A stretch of DNA of 64,000 bases, from contig OZ287756.1 in the NCBI GenBank assembly GCA_965649765.1, positions 57,970,001-58,034,000 of the forward strand, written 5' to 3'. This DNA comes from Bispira polyomma. Lineage: Eukaryota. Positions 12,833-26,500 of this stretch are shown here, in pieces; the stretch's first letter is position 1, and each line of letters opens with the position of its first letter. A model generated the notes under the pieces. The model was not told the DNA's origin, made no database searches, and saw nothing but the letters and a program-made list of their open reading frames with translations. The position numbers were made by a program, and so were the translations under genes.

Positions 12833-13639
12833 CAATAAGACATATTTATGGACCCACTAAAATGACAAAAAAGTAAATGATGGTAAATTTTGTTTTTTAT
12901 TTGCACAAGAGTGTACTGACCTCAAGGCCTGTATTCACTAACATTCTCATACTTAGAATTATTCTTAGAAATCCTTTAAGAATAATTTTAAGTATAATAA
13001 TTTTGGTATTCACTAGATTCTTATACTATAATTGTTTTTTTATTCTTACAAAACTTTCTAATAATAATCTTTGATTCTAAGAATGGTCAAGACCTTACTT
13101 AAATTAAGAAAAATACATGGCATTCTTATGCATTTGATGTATATGTAATGTTATAAGTCATTTAGGTTTTCTAAAGGTGTAGTTGGATATTTTTATCACC
13201 TTCTCCAGGAAGATATGGGACCTAATTCAATAACATTCCTTACTCTTAAAACTCCTCATATACTAAGATTTCTAAGAATAATTCTAAGAAAAAGAATTTT
13301 GGTATTCACTAAAATCTTATTCTCCACATTTCAAGATGAGATGGTCACATGATTATCATAAAACCTGTGCCTACATTTCTATTTACAATTCTTAGCTTCT
13401 AAGTAAAAATTTGTATTTTGAGTATTAATTCTTAGCTTAGAATTGCATTGTGAATACCTTTTCATTCTGAGAATAAGAAAATTTTTAGATAGAAATTCTT
13501 CTAAGAATAAGTCTTATTCTGAGCCAGGCTCCAGACTGCTAAGGGTTTGAAGACCTGACGCTGTATTCACTAAAGGTTCTTGTCAATAAAGGCCTTTCAA
13601 AAATACCTCCACCCATATCTCACCCCTTACTCTCAACAA

Positions 13640-14008
13640 GTCAATACCCATTGTAGTAATTCTTGCAAAATATTTCTCTATGTTCCTACCCTTGATCGCA
13701 TACACAGATTAAAATCCATTTCAATCATAGTTTCTCATACGCTGCACTCAAGGTATGGAATGACCTACCCAATTAAATTGCCTACCTTTCTCTTTCCTAT
13801 TCCCACCTTAAGAAGCAAGCTCAAGGCCAATCTTTCAAAAAGCTTATCCCTCTTGGCATGGTCATTTGCCATCACCAACTCCCTCTCTGTTAACGACCCC
13901 TTTTGTCTGTCCACCACAACACGACTACTGAACAGTGATTTTGATTATTGCGCCTTAAAATCTGCTAGTACAGAGAGTAAGCCTCATTACAAAATTGATT
14001 AGATTTGA
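13640..14008 (+). mobile_element. LINE 3'-end fragment (L2/CR1-like)
   Basis: Degenerate 'FS.AA...WN.LP' sequence (ttctcatacgctgcactcaaggtatggaatgacctaccc) followed by a tail shared with 10480-10712. Confidence 0.55.
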
Positions 14009-14694
14009 TGATTGTCTTAACTTAGCCTTAAGTCTACAATTTTGGTCTTTGATTTGGGCGGAAAGGTTTAAGATTTAGTCTTAGTCGCAGTGACAAACAA
14101 TAATTTTTTGCTTAACGTTAACTTTGCCCTGGACACTAAGACTAAAACAGTACGCAGTATTAACATATTTTAGACATACATGTTAAACTTTAAGACTCAA
14201 AACTGTTGTGCACATTGCCCAGTTATGGTTCTCTCAACATATTATCTTCCTGAATATACGCTCTTGTTCCTTCACAATAGTTTGTGGTTACATGAAAATA
14301 ATCACTTGTTACCACAAGAGACAGCAGTTGAAACCTCTTGAGAGTGAACATCTCTGAATATGTAAATGTTTAGAGTCCTCTATTGAGATCTCATTCAACT
14401 TTACAGTTTACACCCCTAGTCTGGGTTTATAGTCTGATATCAGCATTATTGAGGTCTCATCTAACTTTACAGTTTACACCCCTTGCCTGGGTTCTTCCAC
14501 TTGTCAGCATATTGTTCAAATCTCAGCTCCCTCATGCAGCATACACTAGCCATGCTCCCACATACAGCGCACAAAGACTATAACACCTACTAGCAACCGA
14601 GGTACCCATTTATACACCTAGTGGAGAGGGACAACTTTTTGTCTAAGGGTAAAATCACCAAGTTTTTAGTGACTGGACTCTCATAACCAAAGTG

Positions 14695-14944
14695 GGGCCT
14701 CGGTGGCCTAGTGGTTAGCAAGCATTGTGCTTCACAATCACTGGTCTTTCACCTCTGGGCGGCGTGAGTTCGAATCCCGTCGATGCCTATGTGGGAAAGG
14801 TGGTAGTTCCTTACTGTGGGCCGCTGGTTTCTCTGCAGAACCTTGACCAACTGTATGCAGTATTTCCTCCAGCGTTTCCAACTACCCGTTCCAATATAAC
14901 CTACTAAAAGGTACTAGAGTGGACGTAAAATATCCAAATTCAAC
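14695..14944 (+). mobile_element. tRNA-derived SINE, full length (family A)
   Basis: A box ggtggcctagtgg, B box gttcgaatccc, tail ccaaattcaa, 15-bp TSD ctcataaccaaagtg (14680-14694 / 14945-14959). Confidence 0.92.
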
Positions 14945-16532
14945 CTCATAACCAAAGTGACACTCTAACCGCTAGGTCACCGCTTTTTTGTAAAAAACGA
15001 TAGGAAACAATCTATTTTGGGAGAGAAGACAGCAGTTCATGAAATCGATAATATTCGGATGATAAAAAGTTTGGGTACTATTCCCTTCTACACGTACCTC
15101 CCAAGTAGTGAACACCTCTTTATAGTGGAACACTTAGGCTGGGCCCGGTGAGTGTTTACTGTATGGAGGATTAACTGTATTTTGTTCCCACAAAAAGTGG
15201 AATAATATCTTAGTGTAAAGAGAACACCCCCTTTAATAGAACTCTGTTAAGTTGAATTCCCAGATAAGCAGAAGTGAATTTGTGGTTCTAACCAGACTTT
15301 TTTTTATTAAACCTTGTACCCTGGTAACTGGAAATCCTGCATAAAAAGAAGTATTTTGTGTGGTCCTAGAAGTTCTATTTAACAGGGTTCAGCTGTATTT
15401 TTTATCGGGGAATGAGGTAATATCTGATGGGAGTGAGATTGTATTTTGAGGAAATGAGATACTATCTTATGGTAATTAGCTAGAATATCTTGTGAGAATG
15501 AGATAATATCTGATGGCGCTGAGATTTTATCGTAAAGGAGAATGAGGTATTATCTTATGGTAATGAGAGTGTATCTTGAGGGAACAAGACAAACTTTTTT
15601 TTTCATTTTAGGTATTCTGTATATATATATATGTATATTGGTATTTTTCTGTAGAAATACTAACAGTATTAATAGCAGTTGCAGGCTTCTGTGAAGCTGG
15701 CACTCGATTTATAATAAGGTACAAACATTGAGGGGCACCAACCTATATGGGGGTGCTTTATTGGTATATTATATATACTGCCTATTTTCCTATATAGAGT
15801 TCTTGTAGCAGGGATTAATAACATTTTGTGTATAAATACAGTACAACCTTAGCCATGTTTTTGGACTTTCTCTCTGTTGGTCAATTGTGTCCACGGAAAA
15901 CTTCAGTGGCCACTAGTGGGTGTTGTAGTCGTTTTGCGCCGTATGTGGTAGCACCGCTAGTATAGATTGTCCCCGTCGACCCAAGTGTATAAATGGGTAC
16001 CCGGCCGCTGAGCTGAGAGTGAACTATTGGTTGACAAGTGGAAGAACCCAGGCTGGGGGTGTAAACTGTGTACAGTGCCATATACATAAAAGCAAAAATA
16101 AAATATATATTTTACAGTTATGCTCTGTGGACATATGGAAGTTTGTAATAAATTACAGAGAATTTTAAACGGAAAGTTTTAATAAGTATCAAGATATGCA
16201 TATATTTGCATCCCCCCTTTTTTAAATAATCGGAGTAAAATTGTCATAACGGTTGAAATTCCTTCAGAGTAAATATTGCATTTAGCTTTGTTAAATTATT
16301 CATATATTTATGGCAGAATTGATATTGTGACATTATGATGACAAGTAATTTGATTTGAAAGTCCAGACTTTACTTGCAATTCATGATTTCTATGTGTTGT
16401 CTGTGTTATTATTTATCAATAGCTTTTCTGGTGCAATCAAATCTTGTTTCGATTAAGTCATAATTTTAAAATTTGTTTCATATTGTTCCTTATGTTGGAA
16501 TTTTTGGGAGTCTTGGTGAATGGGTATTTATG

Positions 16533-16720
16533 GTCTTTGTGGCCTGATGGTTAGAGTGTTTGGCTTTGGACTGATGGGTCCCAAGGATCAATCTTTACTG
16601 TAGGTAAGATTGTCCCTCCCCACCTAGTATAGAGCAGAACCTGGCCACCAATGGGTGATAGTTTTTGCACTGTATGTGGCAGCATGTCTAGTATATACTC
16701 CCTTAGAGAGTAGAGAGGGA
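16533..16720 (+). mobile_element. Degenerate tRNA-derived SINE (family B)
   Basis: gtggcctgatggttagagtgttggctttgga head, shared with 36958, 38762, 59585 and 62013. Confidence 0.65.
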
Positions 16721-16747
16721 ACAATTAGTTAACAAATTTGAAAAGTA

Positions 16748-16945
16748 TTGTCTCTCAGCAATCTCACCAGGGGAAATTGTTTCTCCACCTCTGACTTCTT
16801 ACCCAAAATGACGGGTTCAAAATCATTTAAAGTTGCAGCACATTCTGAATGGAACAATCTTCCTGCTAGTCTTCCTACTGAGACAGGGGTTACAAGCGTC
16901 AGAAAAATATTCAAAACACATCTGTATCAACTCATTTTTTTCGCC
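16748..16945 (+). mobile_element. L2/CR1-like LINE ORF2 C-terminal fragment
   Basis: GSKSFKVAAHSEWNNLP...FKTHLY matches the conserved LINE ORF2 tail (F..AAP..WN.LP...FK..LKT.L). Confidence 0.7.
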
Positions 16946-17899
16946 CTAACATTTGTCTGCTGATCACGACTGAACACTGATCACAAACCTTTTTCTCCTA
17001 TCGGACTATTCTTTTGCATATTGACTTGGATGTGCTCCACAGAAGATGCCTGGTCATCGATTGTGGTGCTTTCGACGTAAATACAATAACTATAAAAGAG
17101 CATTCACATTTTTAAATTTATTTTATTCTGCAAGGAATTTTATTGAAACAGTCTACTAGGCAGTGGATTAATGTACTGTTAAACCCGATAAGTCGAACCT
17201 CGATAGCCAAGAGACCAAGAGAAAGACGTCTGTTAAAGTAGGATTTGAAATGAAAAATTTTATGAAATAGGACCTTTGCAGAACACAGAGTCCTTTTAAA
17301 TGTGCCTGCTCATGGGCTGCCACTATGAGGGCAGAGGCTTGCTTGGGAATGAACATTAATCAATGTCCCCAATGATCTTCAATCTTCCACTGTAAGATAG
17401 TGCTTAGTGACAGAGGACCGCTATTTTAAGTGGTCATCCAAGCCACCAAATGAAACTAGCAGTCGGTAGCTGGAATAAAACCGGGAACCTTCTGATCATT
17501 AGTCCAACACCCTAACCACTAGACCAACAGGTGTAGATTTACCTGTTAAGGCAACAGTTAGATAAACCAATAGTCTGTATTTAAACCTTATTATTAGAAG
17601 AAAAACTGGCATTGAAACTACATAAAGCTAAATCATACTAGAATAGAAATGCCAAATTCTAATAGTATGTTACAGATAACAGCATTTCAATAAATATGTA
17701 GTACACAGTAGGAGACTTTGCTGTTTAACTAAAATCAGTTATTGTAATAATTGTATTTATACTTTTAAAGGTAACAGTGGAGAAAAGCAGGATACCTCAA
17801 AATTGAGACAAAATTATATGATATATTTTTAACGTGCCTAATTGATTCCAAGCATCTTCTAAAGTGCAACATCATCAACAAAGTTGTTAGGATCGTAGT

Positions 17900-18300
17900 C
17901 TATTTCAAATTCAAATTCTTGATCAGGAAGGTGATATGGAGAAGAAAGGTGTCTAGGGCAATGCACTATAAGCCAAAGTGAAGAGAATGGCATGAAATTT
18001 GCTTCTGAAACAAGAGAGGGTTCTTCTTTTGGCTGGTAAATTATTTCATAGGGTTGGTGCATCAACATACAAGGCCTAAGATCCAATCTGTTTACTGGTT
18101 CTGGTATCATAGACTGAGATTCTGTTTTTCCTAGTAAGCCTACTGAAAGACAGCAATGAAGCAAGATATGGGGGCTGACAAAGGTTGACAACTTTGTATG
18201 GAGTGACATTGGTTTTGAAGACGATGCAGTACTTGATAGGTAGCCACTGGAACCTTTTAAGAAAAGGAGTCGTACTGACACCATAGCCCCAAAATATCCT
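17900..18300 (-). mobile_element. L2/CR1-like LINE ORF2 fragment
   Basis: TPFLKRFQWLPIKYCIVFK...PPYLASLL resembles the L2 'LHWLPI..RI.FK...P.YL..LL' motif. Confidence 0.7.
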
Positions 18301-18869
18301 GACATTACATGTAATTTCATTTTTTTTCGGTGCCCTCACAAAATCGTTTTATTATGTAGTTGTCCTGATTATATTTTTGCACAATGTATATAATGTAAAT
18401 ACTTCAACCTACAACCCAGAGAATATCTTAATGGCAGCAAATGTGAAGGTTTCACAGTATTTGGCTACAGTTATATGACATGTCTGCCAGGGAAATGGTG
18501 ATTACACTGCCATATATGGACAGTGACATGTCTTTTTTCTTTCTTTATTTTTTGTTTTTCTCCTTTGAGTTGTTTTAATCACATTTTAGATACTTGGAAT
18601 GAGACACAATCAATATCCAATATCAGCCTCCTTGGTTCATAAATAGTAAAATAACTAGTTGTCTAACATGACAAGCATGTTGTCCTCAATTTCGGTTAAG
18701 TTAAAAAAGTGTAAACTCGTGGGGAAATATGTAGGATGATTTTTCTGTCTCTTATGTTTTTTTATAGATGGTTGAATTGTTTCTCCAGTAACATTAGCTT
18801 ATGTTAAAGTTTATTTTTGAGGCATTAGCTTCACAATCACTGGTCTGTCACCGTCTGATCTCACTCCAA

Positions 18870-19868
18870 ATTTTTATAGATATACTTAGTGTTATTAGTG
18901 TTAGTCAAACATTTCACTCCATATTCTATGGGATATACTTACTGCTATTCAAACATATTATTACTGTTATTCAAACATCTCACTCTTATAGATATACTTA
19001 GTGTTATTCAAACATCTCACTCTTATAGATATACTTAGTGTTATTCAAACATCTCACTCTTGTAGATATACTTAGTGTTATTCAAACATCTTACTCCATA
19101 TTCTTATAGATATACCTATTGTTATTTAAACACCCCACTCCATATTCTTATAGATATACTTATTGTTATTCAAACATCTCACTCCATATTCTTATAGATA
19201 TACTAAGTGTTATTCAAACATCTCACTCCATATTCTTATAGATATACTTAGTGTTATTTAAACATCCCACTCCATATTCTTATAGATATACTTAGTGTTA
19301 TTCAAACATCTCACGCCATATTCTTATAGATATACTAAGTGTTATTCAAACATCTCACCCATATTCTTATAGATATACTAAGTGTTATTCAAACATCTTA
19401 CTCCATATTCTTGTGGATATACTTATTGTTATTTAAACATCCCATTTCATATTCTTGTGGATATAGTTAGTGTTATTTAAACATCCCATTTCATTTCCTT
19501 GTGGATATACTTAGTGTTATTCAAACAGCTCACTCCATATTCTTATAGATATACTTAGTATTATTCAAACATCTCACTCCATATTCTTATAGATATACTA
19601 AGTGTTATTCAAACATCTCACCCATATTCTTATAGATATACTAAATGTTATTCAAACATCTTACTCCATATTCTTGTGGATATACTTATTGTTATTTAAA
19701 CATCCCATTTCATATTCTTGTGGATATAGTTAGTGTTATTTAAACATCCCATTTCATTTCCTTGTGGATATACTTAGTGTTATTCAAACAGCTCACTCCA
19801 TATTCTTATAGATATACTTAGTATTATTCAAACATCTCACTCCATATTCTTATAGATATACTTAGTGT
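18870..19868. repeat. Minisatellite, ~44-bp unit, ~23 copies
   Basis: atattcttatagatatacttagtgttattcaaacatctcactcc repeated, with an internal block duplication of the 'gtggata' variants. Confidence 0.93.
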
Positions 19869-21353
19869 CAGAGTTTCAGTTTTATAAGTCCATAAGTTAA
19901 TTTTATTTGTGATAGTTACAATAAAAAATACAAAAGAATTGTAATGCTTATTGAGTTAATTTTGTTTCTCAAACACTTTGTTGAAAGATGATGGAATGTG
20001 ATACAAGAAGGATACATTTAACCAACTAGTATAATTGTTTCCTTTTGTCTTAAGATTTCTTACAAATATGACAATAAAAGTGATAAATATTTCATTTGTG
20101 AACTATTATCAGTATATTGGTAATAACAACCACACCCATTAATTGACATTGACAGAAATAAATTCTCACAGCTTAGTGAAACAGCTCTAATTTCACACCC
20201 AATTAAAAACTCAAAAAAAACCCTGATAAATTACATCAGTTTTTTTAGTGTTAACAGCAGAGAGAGAGAGAGAGATCTTAGCTTACAGCTTGATGTACAA
20301 CTGGTTTGTGTGGTCTTTGTTGAAGGGAGAAAAGGGTAGAAACAAAGAAACACATAATGAGTAAAATGATCCTTTATGCATAGGTTAGTATTAGAAGCAT
20401 TGACAAGTAAAGGTAATTACAATTAGACATCAAGATCCATTTTAGGGTAGCAATTAGTGGTGCAGTCTGACAAGTTCAAAGAAGTTTTAAGACAATAATC
20501 AGTCATGTTTCAGCATGTCAGAGGCAAATTGCACCACTAACTCTAGAAATACAAACATCATATCTTTGTTTTTACTGATACACGTTCAGTATGTTTCACC
20601 AGATACAGAAAACTGAATATTGCTTCAGCAGAGTCTATAATACTTGGTTCCAGATTGTAAATATATACTTTTATGATATTTTCAGCATATCCTAGCAAAA
20701 TATAATGTCATGCACAGTATGTTCTGTTTATTGTTTACATATTACTCCTGGATCTGTTCAAAGTTTTACATATACAATTTATCGTACAGTACATTCTCTG
20801 TAACTAAAAATCAGTACAAGTCGAATTTCTAAATAACTAGAAGCAATTGTCTGATCTCAAAATTCACAAATACTTCAAACAATTTAGTGGAAGTTAGCCA
20901 TAATTAGGCGCAAATTTTGTGAATTTTAGAAACTCCAAACCACACATAATCAACTGTGGTAAATGTCTTGATTTTCAACCACGCACCAGCATTCTACCAT
21001 TATCATCTGCTTCATTGTTTTTCATCTATCACACATCGTTTTGTATAAAAAACTTGTATAATTGTATTTTACTATTATTGCCTAACTTTGAGAAAAATAT
21101 GTTTCAACAGCTGTATGGAATAATAAATTTTATTTCAGAAAATTGTCCCACTTGACATATACACTCATATATATATATTTATAGTTATATATATCAAAGT
21201 TTTAGTATTTTCTACAAAATGCTTACAAGTGTACACCACCAAAAAGCCAATATAGATGCACAGGTAAAACAGTATGTACATATTTACAGACACGCTATCT
21301 CTGAATGATGTGTATATAAATATCTTCAACAACAACGTCTATGCACATCTCGA

Positions 21354-22919
21354 CTACTGCTGCCGCCGAAATAAGTAATGCATGAGCATCAGCCCCAGCT
21401 TGAAGGTCATCGAAGAAATGGCAAAGCCCATGATGGCCGCAGGGAACCAGAGCACAAGTACATTCTCAGCGTGGTCAAAGACTTTCATCAGCAGCTTGTT
21501 GGGACCTTGTGGGGTATACTCAGCGGCCTCAAAACCCGCCCTGACCAGATTAATGCCGCCAGCCATGAGTAGCGCCGCAACAGAGGTGCTGCCCGCGATG
21601 TTTCCTCGGGTGTCCTTGTACGGTAGCACGTGGACGTGGTGTAAGAGCATGATAAAACAGACCAGCATCATGCAGAGCATGCGGATGAGAGTGTCATTGA
21701 CAAAGGTAAAGAGCAGGATAAGGATAAGCCGCCGGAAAACGAGCACACCCGCACCGCACAGGGGCCCAAAGAGTCTGCTCTCCGAGTCCTTGAACGGGCC
21801 CTGTAGTATAGACATGACTGCCTGTGCCTCGTCAGAGGGTGTAAAGTTTGTCTGAGGCTTGTGTCCCCGTAACTTGAGCCGGATGATGCACCAGTGCAGC
21901 AGAAAGGGCAAGGGCAGAAGGCAGGCCATGAAGAACTGGGGCAGGGAGATGATGCCGTCCTTGAGGAGACCAGGCCCGATCAACAGCACCAGGCAGAAGG
22001 GTACGATACAGCTGACCGTGTAGATCATGACGCCATACTGCCACATGGTGTAGCAGGAGATGGTGCCCTGGATGAAAAGCACGTTCTCCTCACCGACAGG
22101 CACGCAGTTGAGCAGGGTGAAGCTAGTGGTGGCTAGCTTCTGATATGTGAACAGCAGGGACAGTACGAAACCCGTGGCCAGTTTGCTGGAGAATCTCTTC
22201 TTCTTTGTCAGTGATGTTTCTTCCTCACCAGCAGCATCATCCTCTGGGCACGCTGCGACCATCTGCCCATGCTTTCCGACATTTTTCATGTGGGTTGCGA
22301 TCCCATTTTTGCCATTTCTCTCTTTGGCATTCTCTTCTATCTCCGGGTGGCTATAGTAGGCGAGCTTGTGGCCGACGCCATTTACATTGCGCCTGGTCTG
22401 GTGCTGGCACCTGATGCCATTGATACACTGGTATGCCAGATAAATGAGGCCAAAGAGCAGCAGTACGTAGGGCACAAGTATCACTTGGATGAGGATTTTG
22501 TGTGTTGGGGTGAGTCCGGCTATAAAGCACACCTTGTCCATGAACTGAAAGATCTCGACACGAAACTTAAACAGGCCACTGAGAATCTCTTTGAACATTT
22601 CTCTGGTTTTGTTGTCTTCCTCCGCGAAGACAGTTTTAATATGCAGCAGCTGTGCGTCTTGAAAGTAATAAAAGAGAATGATCAGAAAGCTAGCTCCAGT
22701 GTCCACAACTGGCTCTTCAGCATTGTCATCCTCTAAACCTGTGTCTAGCTTGTTATTAATGTTATTGTTTTCTATACCATCGTCTACACTGGTCTCTGCC
22801 ACTTCGGAGTCCAGCCTCAAGTTCTCCACGTCATCTGCTTCCTTGAGTCCATACCTGTTTCTGTAGTGAGGCAGAGGATCAGAGGCATGATGGGTAATGT
22901 TGTTCATTTGATACTCCAT
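21354..22919 (-). CDS. Membrane protein last exon (multi-TM domain)
   Basis: cttccag|ATG acceptor, 521 codons to TAG, with about 8-9 hydrophobic segments (FLIILFYYFQ, ILVPYVLLLFGLIYL, FVLSLLFTYQ, RRLILILLF, LPYKDTRGN etc.). Confidence 0.92.
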   Translation of the reverse strand: MEYQMNNITHHASDPLPHYRNRYGLKEADDVENLRLDSEVAETSVDDGIENNNINNKLDTGLEDDNAEEPVVDTGASFLIILFYYFQDAQLLHIKTVFAEEDNKTREMFKEILSGLFKFRVEIFQFMDKVCFIAGLTPTHKILIQVILVPYVLLLFGLIYLAYQCINGIRCQHQTRRNVNGVGHKLAYYSHPEIEENAKERNGKNGIATHMKNVGKHGQMVAACPEDDAAGEEETSLTKKKRFSSKLATGFVLSLLFTYQKLATTSFTLLNCVPVGEENVLFIQGTISCYTMWQYGVMIYTVSCIVPFCLVLLIGPGLLKDGIISLPQFFMACLLPLPFLLHWCIIRLKLRGHKPQTNFTPSDEAQAVMSILQGPFKDSESRLFGPLCGAGVLVFRRLILILLFTFVNDTLIRMLCMMLVCFIMLLHHVHVLPYKDTRGNIAGSTSVAALLMAGGINLVRAGFEAAEYTPQGPNKLLMKVFDHAENVLVLWFPAAIMGFAISSMTFKLGLMLMHYLFRRQQ

Positions 22920-23117
22920 CTGGAAGATATATAATGGTAAGACACAACACATTAGACGTAAGATTTTATTTATTTTTGTAGTGACATGTGTAACAATAAC
23001 AGTATTTTTATATTACAACATGTGTAACTTAAAACATTTACTCAGCCCCAACTGGGCCTGTAAGTCTAAGTTAAGTTTGTGTGAGAAGTGTTGATATGAT
23101 GAGAGGTTTATTTGTAC

Positions 23118-23423
23118 CTGCTTTGACCTCCATGGGAAGTGGATCTCCTTGATATTGACGGGGTTGAAGAACATCAAGTCTCTCACATCTTTCTGGTAGA
23201 GCAGGAAGAGGGCATAGAGGAATCCCGAGCCCACCGCCAGCGGCCACAGCCAGGTGGCGTCACAGTTGTCGTCTTTGACGCACTGTGAGGAGAACAGGGC
23301 CTCGGAGTAGCCCGTGTCACAACTACCACACAGTCTGCCTGTACGGTGGAGTGCACATGTACTGAAGCTTTCACACGTCTTGTCTGAACAACAGTAGCCT
23401 TTGGGGCAGTGCTGGAAACGAAC
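23118..23423 (-). CDS. Membrane protein exon (Cys-rich stalk and first TM helix)
   Basis: ttacag|GTT...CAG|gtacaa, 306 nt. CPKGYCC...CALHRTGRLCGSCDTGYSE...C...WLWPLAVGSGFLYALFLLY. Confidence 0.9.
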
Positions 23424-24293
23424 CTGTAATATAAGGAATAAGGTGAGACTATTATTATTATGCATTTGTAATGCGCTTTAACTGATGCTAGGCATCTTCT
23501 GAAGTGCAACAACATAATCAACTAACCAATCATGTAGCCCATAGGCATAGCTAGGTCGTAAGGAAGGATATGTTGCTCTACAGTAGGAAATTAATAGGTA
23601 TAAGGGGTATAAGTTGGAGGAGATGGGTTTTTCCTTTTTTTCTAAATAGTTTCTAATGATTTAAGCTCAGCTGGGAGACTGTTTAGTAGCATGGGGACTG
23701 CAACGGACAAAAAAAATTAGATCCAGCTTTCTTGGTTGGTTAAATAAAAACCGGAGTGCTCCTGGAGCTCTTATGAGTACATGTATTTATGTATTTGGCT
23801 GGGGTGTAAATTAGAAAGTTGAACTCAAGGGACGACATCAGATGAAAATCTACACTTTTTAAAGCATTTCATTTTTATTTAGCAAATTCCTCGTTCCCAC
23901 TATTGGTTCGGAATGTCCACGAGGGGACTCTCAAAAGTCGCACCAAAACAAACAACATATATTTTCTCTGTATAATGTGATAAAATACAAGACGTAAAAC
24001 TTTTTTTGTGAGAATTTGTTACTTCTCCACTAGTGTGGCGAGCAATTCTCCGGGGAGAAATTTGCCAGTGAGTAACTTATAGAGTGAGCAACAGGCTATA
24101 ACCCCATTGTTTGTGGCCGGCAATCAATGGTGAAATTGGAACAACAACTGGATTTTCACATTTAACAATCATATAGCACAGAATTGTGAGAACGATTCTT
24201 GCAGATATATGTGTACTCACAACAGAAGACAGAAACGAATATAATTAATGCTGCTATATTTTTTCTAGATAAACATTTTTTATTCTTCTCCTA

Positions 24294-24325
<32 letters not shown>

Positions 24326-26346
24326 AAAAAAAAAAAAAAAAGGTTTACATGTGTTTGAAGTAATCATGACGTATCACACGTGACAATGAACATAAATTGT
24401 AAGGGCCTAAAAAAAAATTGTACACATAAGTTTGATGGCAATTTTTAAAAACAAATACACCACTACTATTTAAAGTGCTATGGAAGCAAATAGAAATCAA
24501 ACTATGTTGTTGATTATTGTAAATCACAAAACCCTTACTAATTTGACTTTCCATTCAATAGTGTAACCCCCAAAAATAAATAATTATAAGACAGCCCAGC
24601 CCACAGAAAGCAAGTGCTGGTTTTTTCCCTTTACTCTACAGCATTTTTCAGAAGAGCCAGAATTCAATTTCCCCTGTTGGATCCCTCTTCCGCCTTACAG
24701 AGGCTGGTGTTTTGTCGGGAGGGGGATGCTGGAAGTGATGGGTGGTGAGGGGAGATGGGGGTTTCTTATGTGCTGAGGAGACAATTACCAGCATATGTCT
24801 ACACAGCTTTTTGTCATAATGACACATTCTCACTCTTACACAAAGGCCTAGAAGGACATATATATCACAGTGGGAAGCACATCAAGTACAAAGTGGGGCC
24901 CATGTCTTAACAAAGGATTCTAACTTAAACTCAATACGTATAATGAGATATTTCAATTTTGTAATGGTAAGATAACCTACACATGTGACCATTCATTTTG
25001 ATAGGAGGAACACAAATATTCAGTCAGAGTTAAGATTATATTTCTTTCTTGTTTGTATACGGAGGTAACAGGTGCAGCTAGTACATATTTTGAGATTACT
25101 TTTTGATTTAAGTTTGGGAACCTTTGATACAATATGGGCCTTTGGGTTTGTCTTTTGTTTGTGTTAAATCACAGTGGTACTTTTTTGACTGGGGAAAAGT
25201 CTCCTCTTACACCCCTCCTCCTTTCACCTTCTCTTTCTCTCTCCCTAAACTTGTAAAGATAAAACACACACAAGAATTTTGTCTTTTTTTAAAAAGTGAC
25301 AGAGTGTGAGAAATACTAATCTGACACCCCTTCCTCAGTGTTGGCTAGGTCGATAGCTTCCAACCAAATCCATGAAGACCTTACATTTTTTTCCAACATA
25401 GCAGCAATATGAGGTAACGTCCGATTATATTAAGCCCACACCCCCGGGTACATTGCTTCCCATGCAATCCATGCAGGCTTTCACCTGAAAAAAAAAATCA
25501 TGGGAAAAACTCCCAGGGAGTGTTGGTATTGAGAGCCTAATAAAGATAGACAATCTGCTCTAGACGAAGGCAAGACCAAGTAGCAGTAGTTGCAGGGGCA
25601 CCATCTCCACACTGGGGCCAACTTGAAACGACATCTAAGTGCGATTTCAACACCATGCAGTGACTTTAATCTTAAAACTGTCAATACACTGTGAATCATT
25701 GACACTAACATGTTAGCTGTACTGGAGCAAGTAATGCTGGTACCAATTATGTTTGTTTTTAAAAAAAAATTCAAAATGATAAAAATATGGCTTAAAGTTG
25801 TCCTTTTTGAAGCAAATATCATCCGAGTAAGATTGAAATTAAGCAGAAACAGTATATCCCAGTTAGAAGGAAATAGTTTCTAATATTGTAGCAAAACGTG
25901 TTTGCGAAACCCCGAAATTCATTCTTAAAATTTTGAGTTTGAGTTTGTGACGTCACATTGGTACGCCGCCCAACTGCATTCTGACCATTATAACACATTG
26001 CAATGCTATATATCACAAAACAAACGTGGCATATTTAAAATGAGTTATAAAGACAAATTAGATGTAAGACTATAAAACAATATTTCTACAACAGAACTAT
26101 TCAGCATAACTCAAGTAATTTATTATTAATTAATATATTGACCAAGATGACTGAATCTAGAGCATTCTCTACTGCTGCCCCTATGTTATGGAACAGTCTC
26201 CCCATTGAATTTAGTTCACTTCAAACACTTTCTGACTTTGGAAAAAAAGGCCTAAAACCCTTCAAACTTCCCCACATTAGTCCACTCCTTGTACACCCCC
26301 ACATCCTTCCTTATGGCTTCGGCTCTGTTGTTTTGAATTTCGCTAA

Positions 26347-26500
26347 AGGTCCTCAGTGGCCGAGTAGTTAGCAAGTTTGGCATCTAATCACAGGCTGTCA
26401 CCTCTGTGTGGGTTCGCCTCCCACAAGTGACAAATGCTGTGGGACTGTCCCAATATGACCCTGGCTGTTGAACAGGACGTAAAACCCTAAACTTTGACTT
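26347..26500 (+). mobile_element. Short tRNA-derived SINE, adjacent to a LINE tail fragment (26150-26260)
   Basis: gtggccgagtag A box, gggttcgcctccc B box, actttg-repeat tail, tttgaatttc on both flanks. Neighbouring SRAFSTAAPMLWNSLP. Confidence 0.7.

Noticed and set aside
12548-12835. 95-aa repetitive ORF (HVQPYIKSHRAVTV)n
   Set aside because: By-product of a 42-bp unit divisible by 3; no splice or compositional support.
14695-14785. tRNA gene
   Set aside because: A/B boxes run into a ~250-bp repeated body with a TSD, so this is a SINE head; the same applies to the other copies.
17859-18339. 153-aa and 87-aa ORFs as a host gene
   Set aside because: Frameshifted remnant of a LINE ORF2 C-terminus.
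21378-22866. Several plus-strand ORFs (up to 157 aa)
   Set aside because: Antisense shadows of the GC-rich minus-strand coding exon.
24296-24342. Poly-C/poly-A junction and other poly-G/C runs (1818, 9336, 37957, 44369)
   Set aside because: Simple homopolymers with no associated structure; lengths are error-prone.
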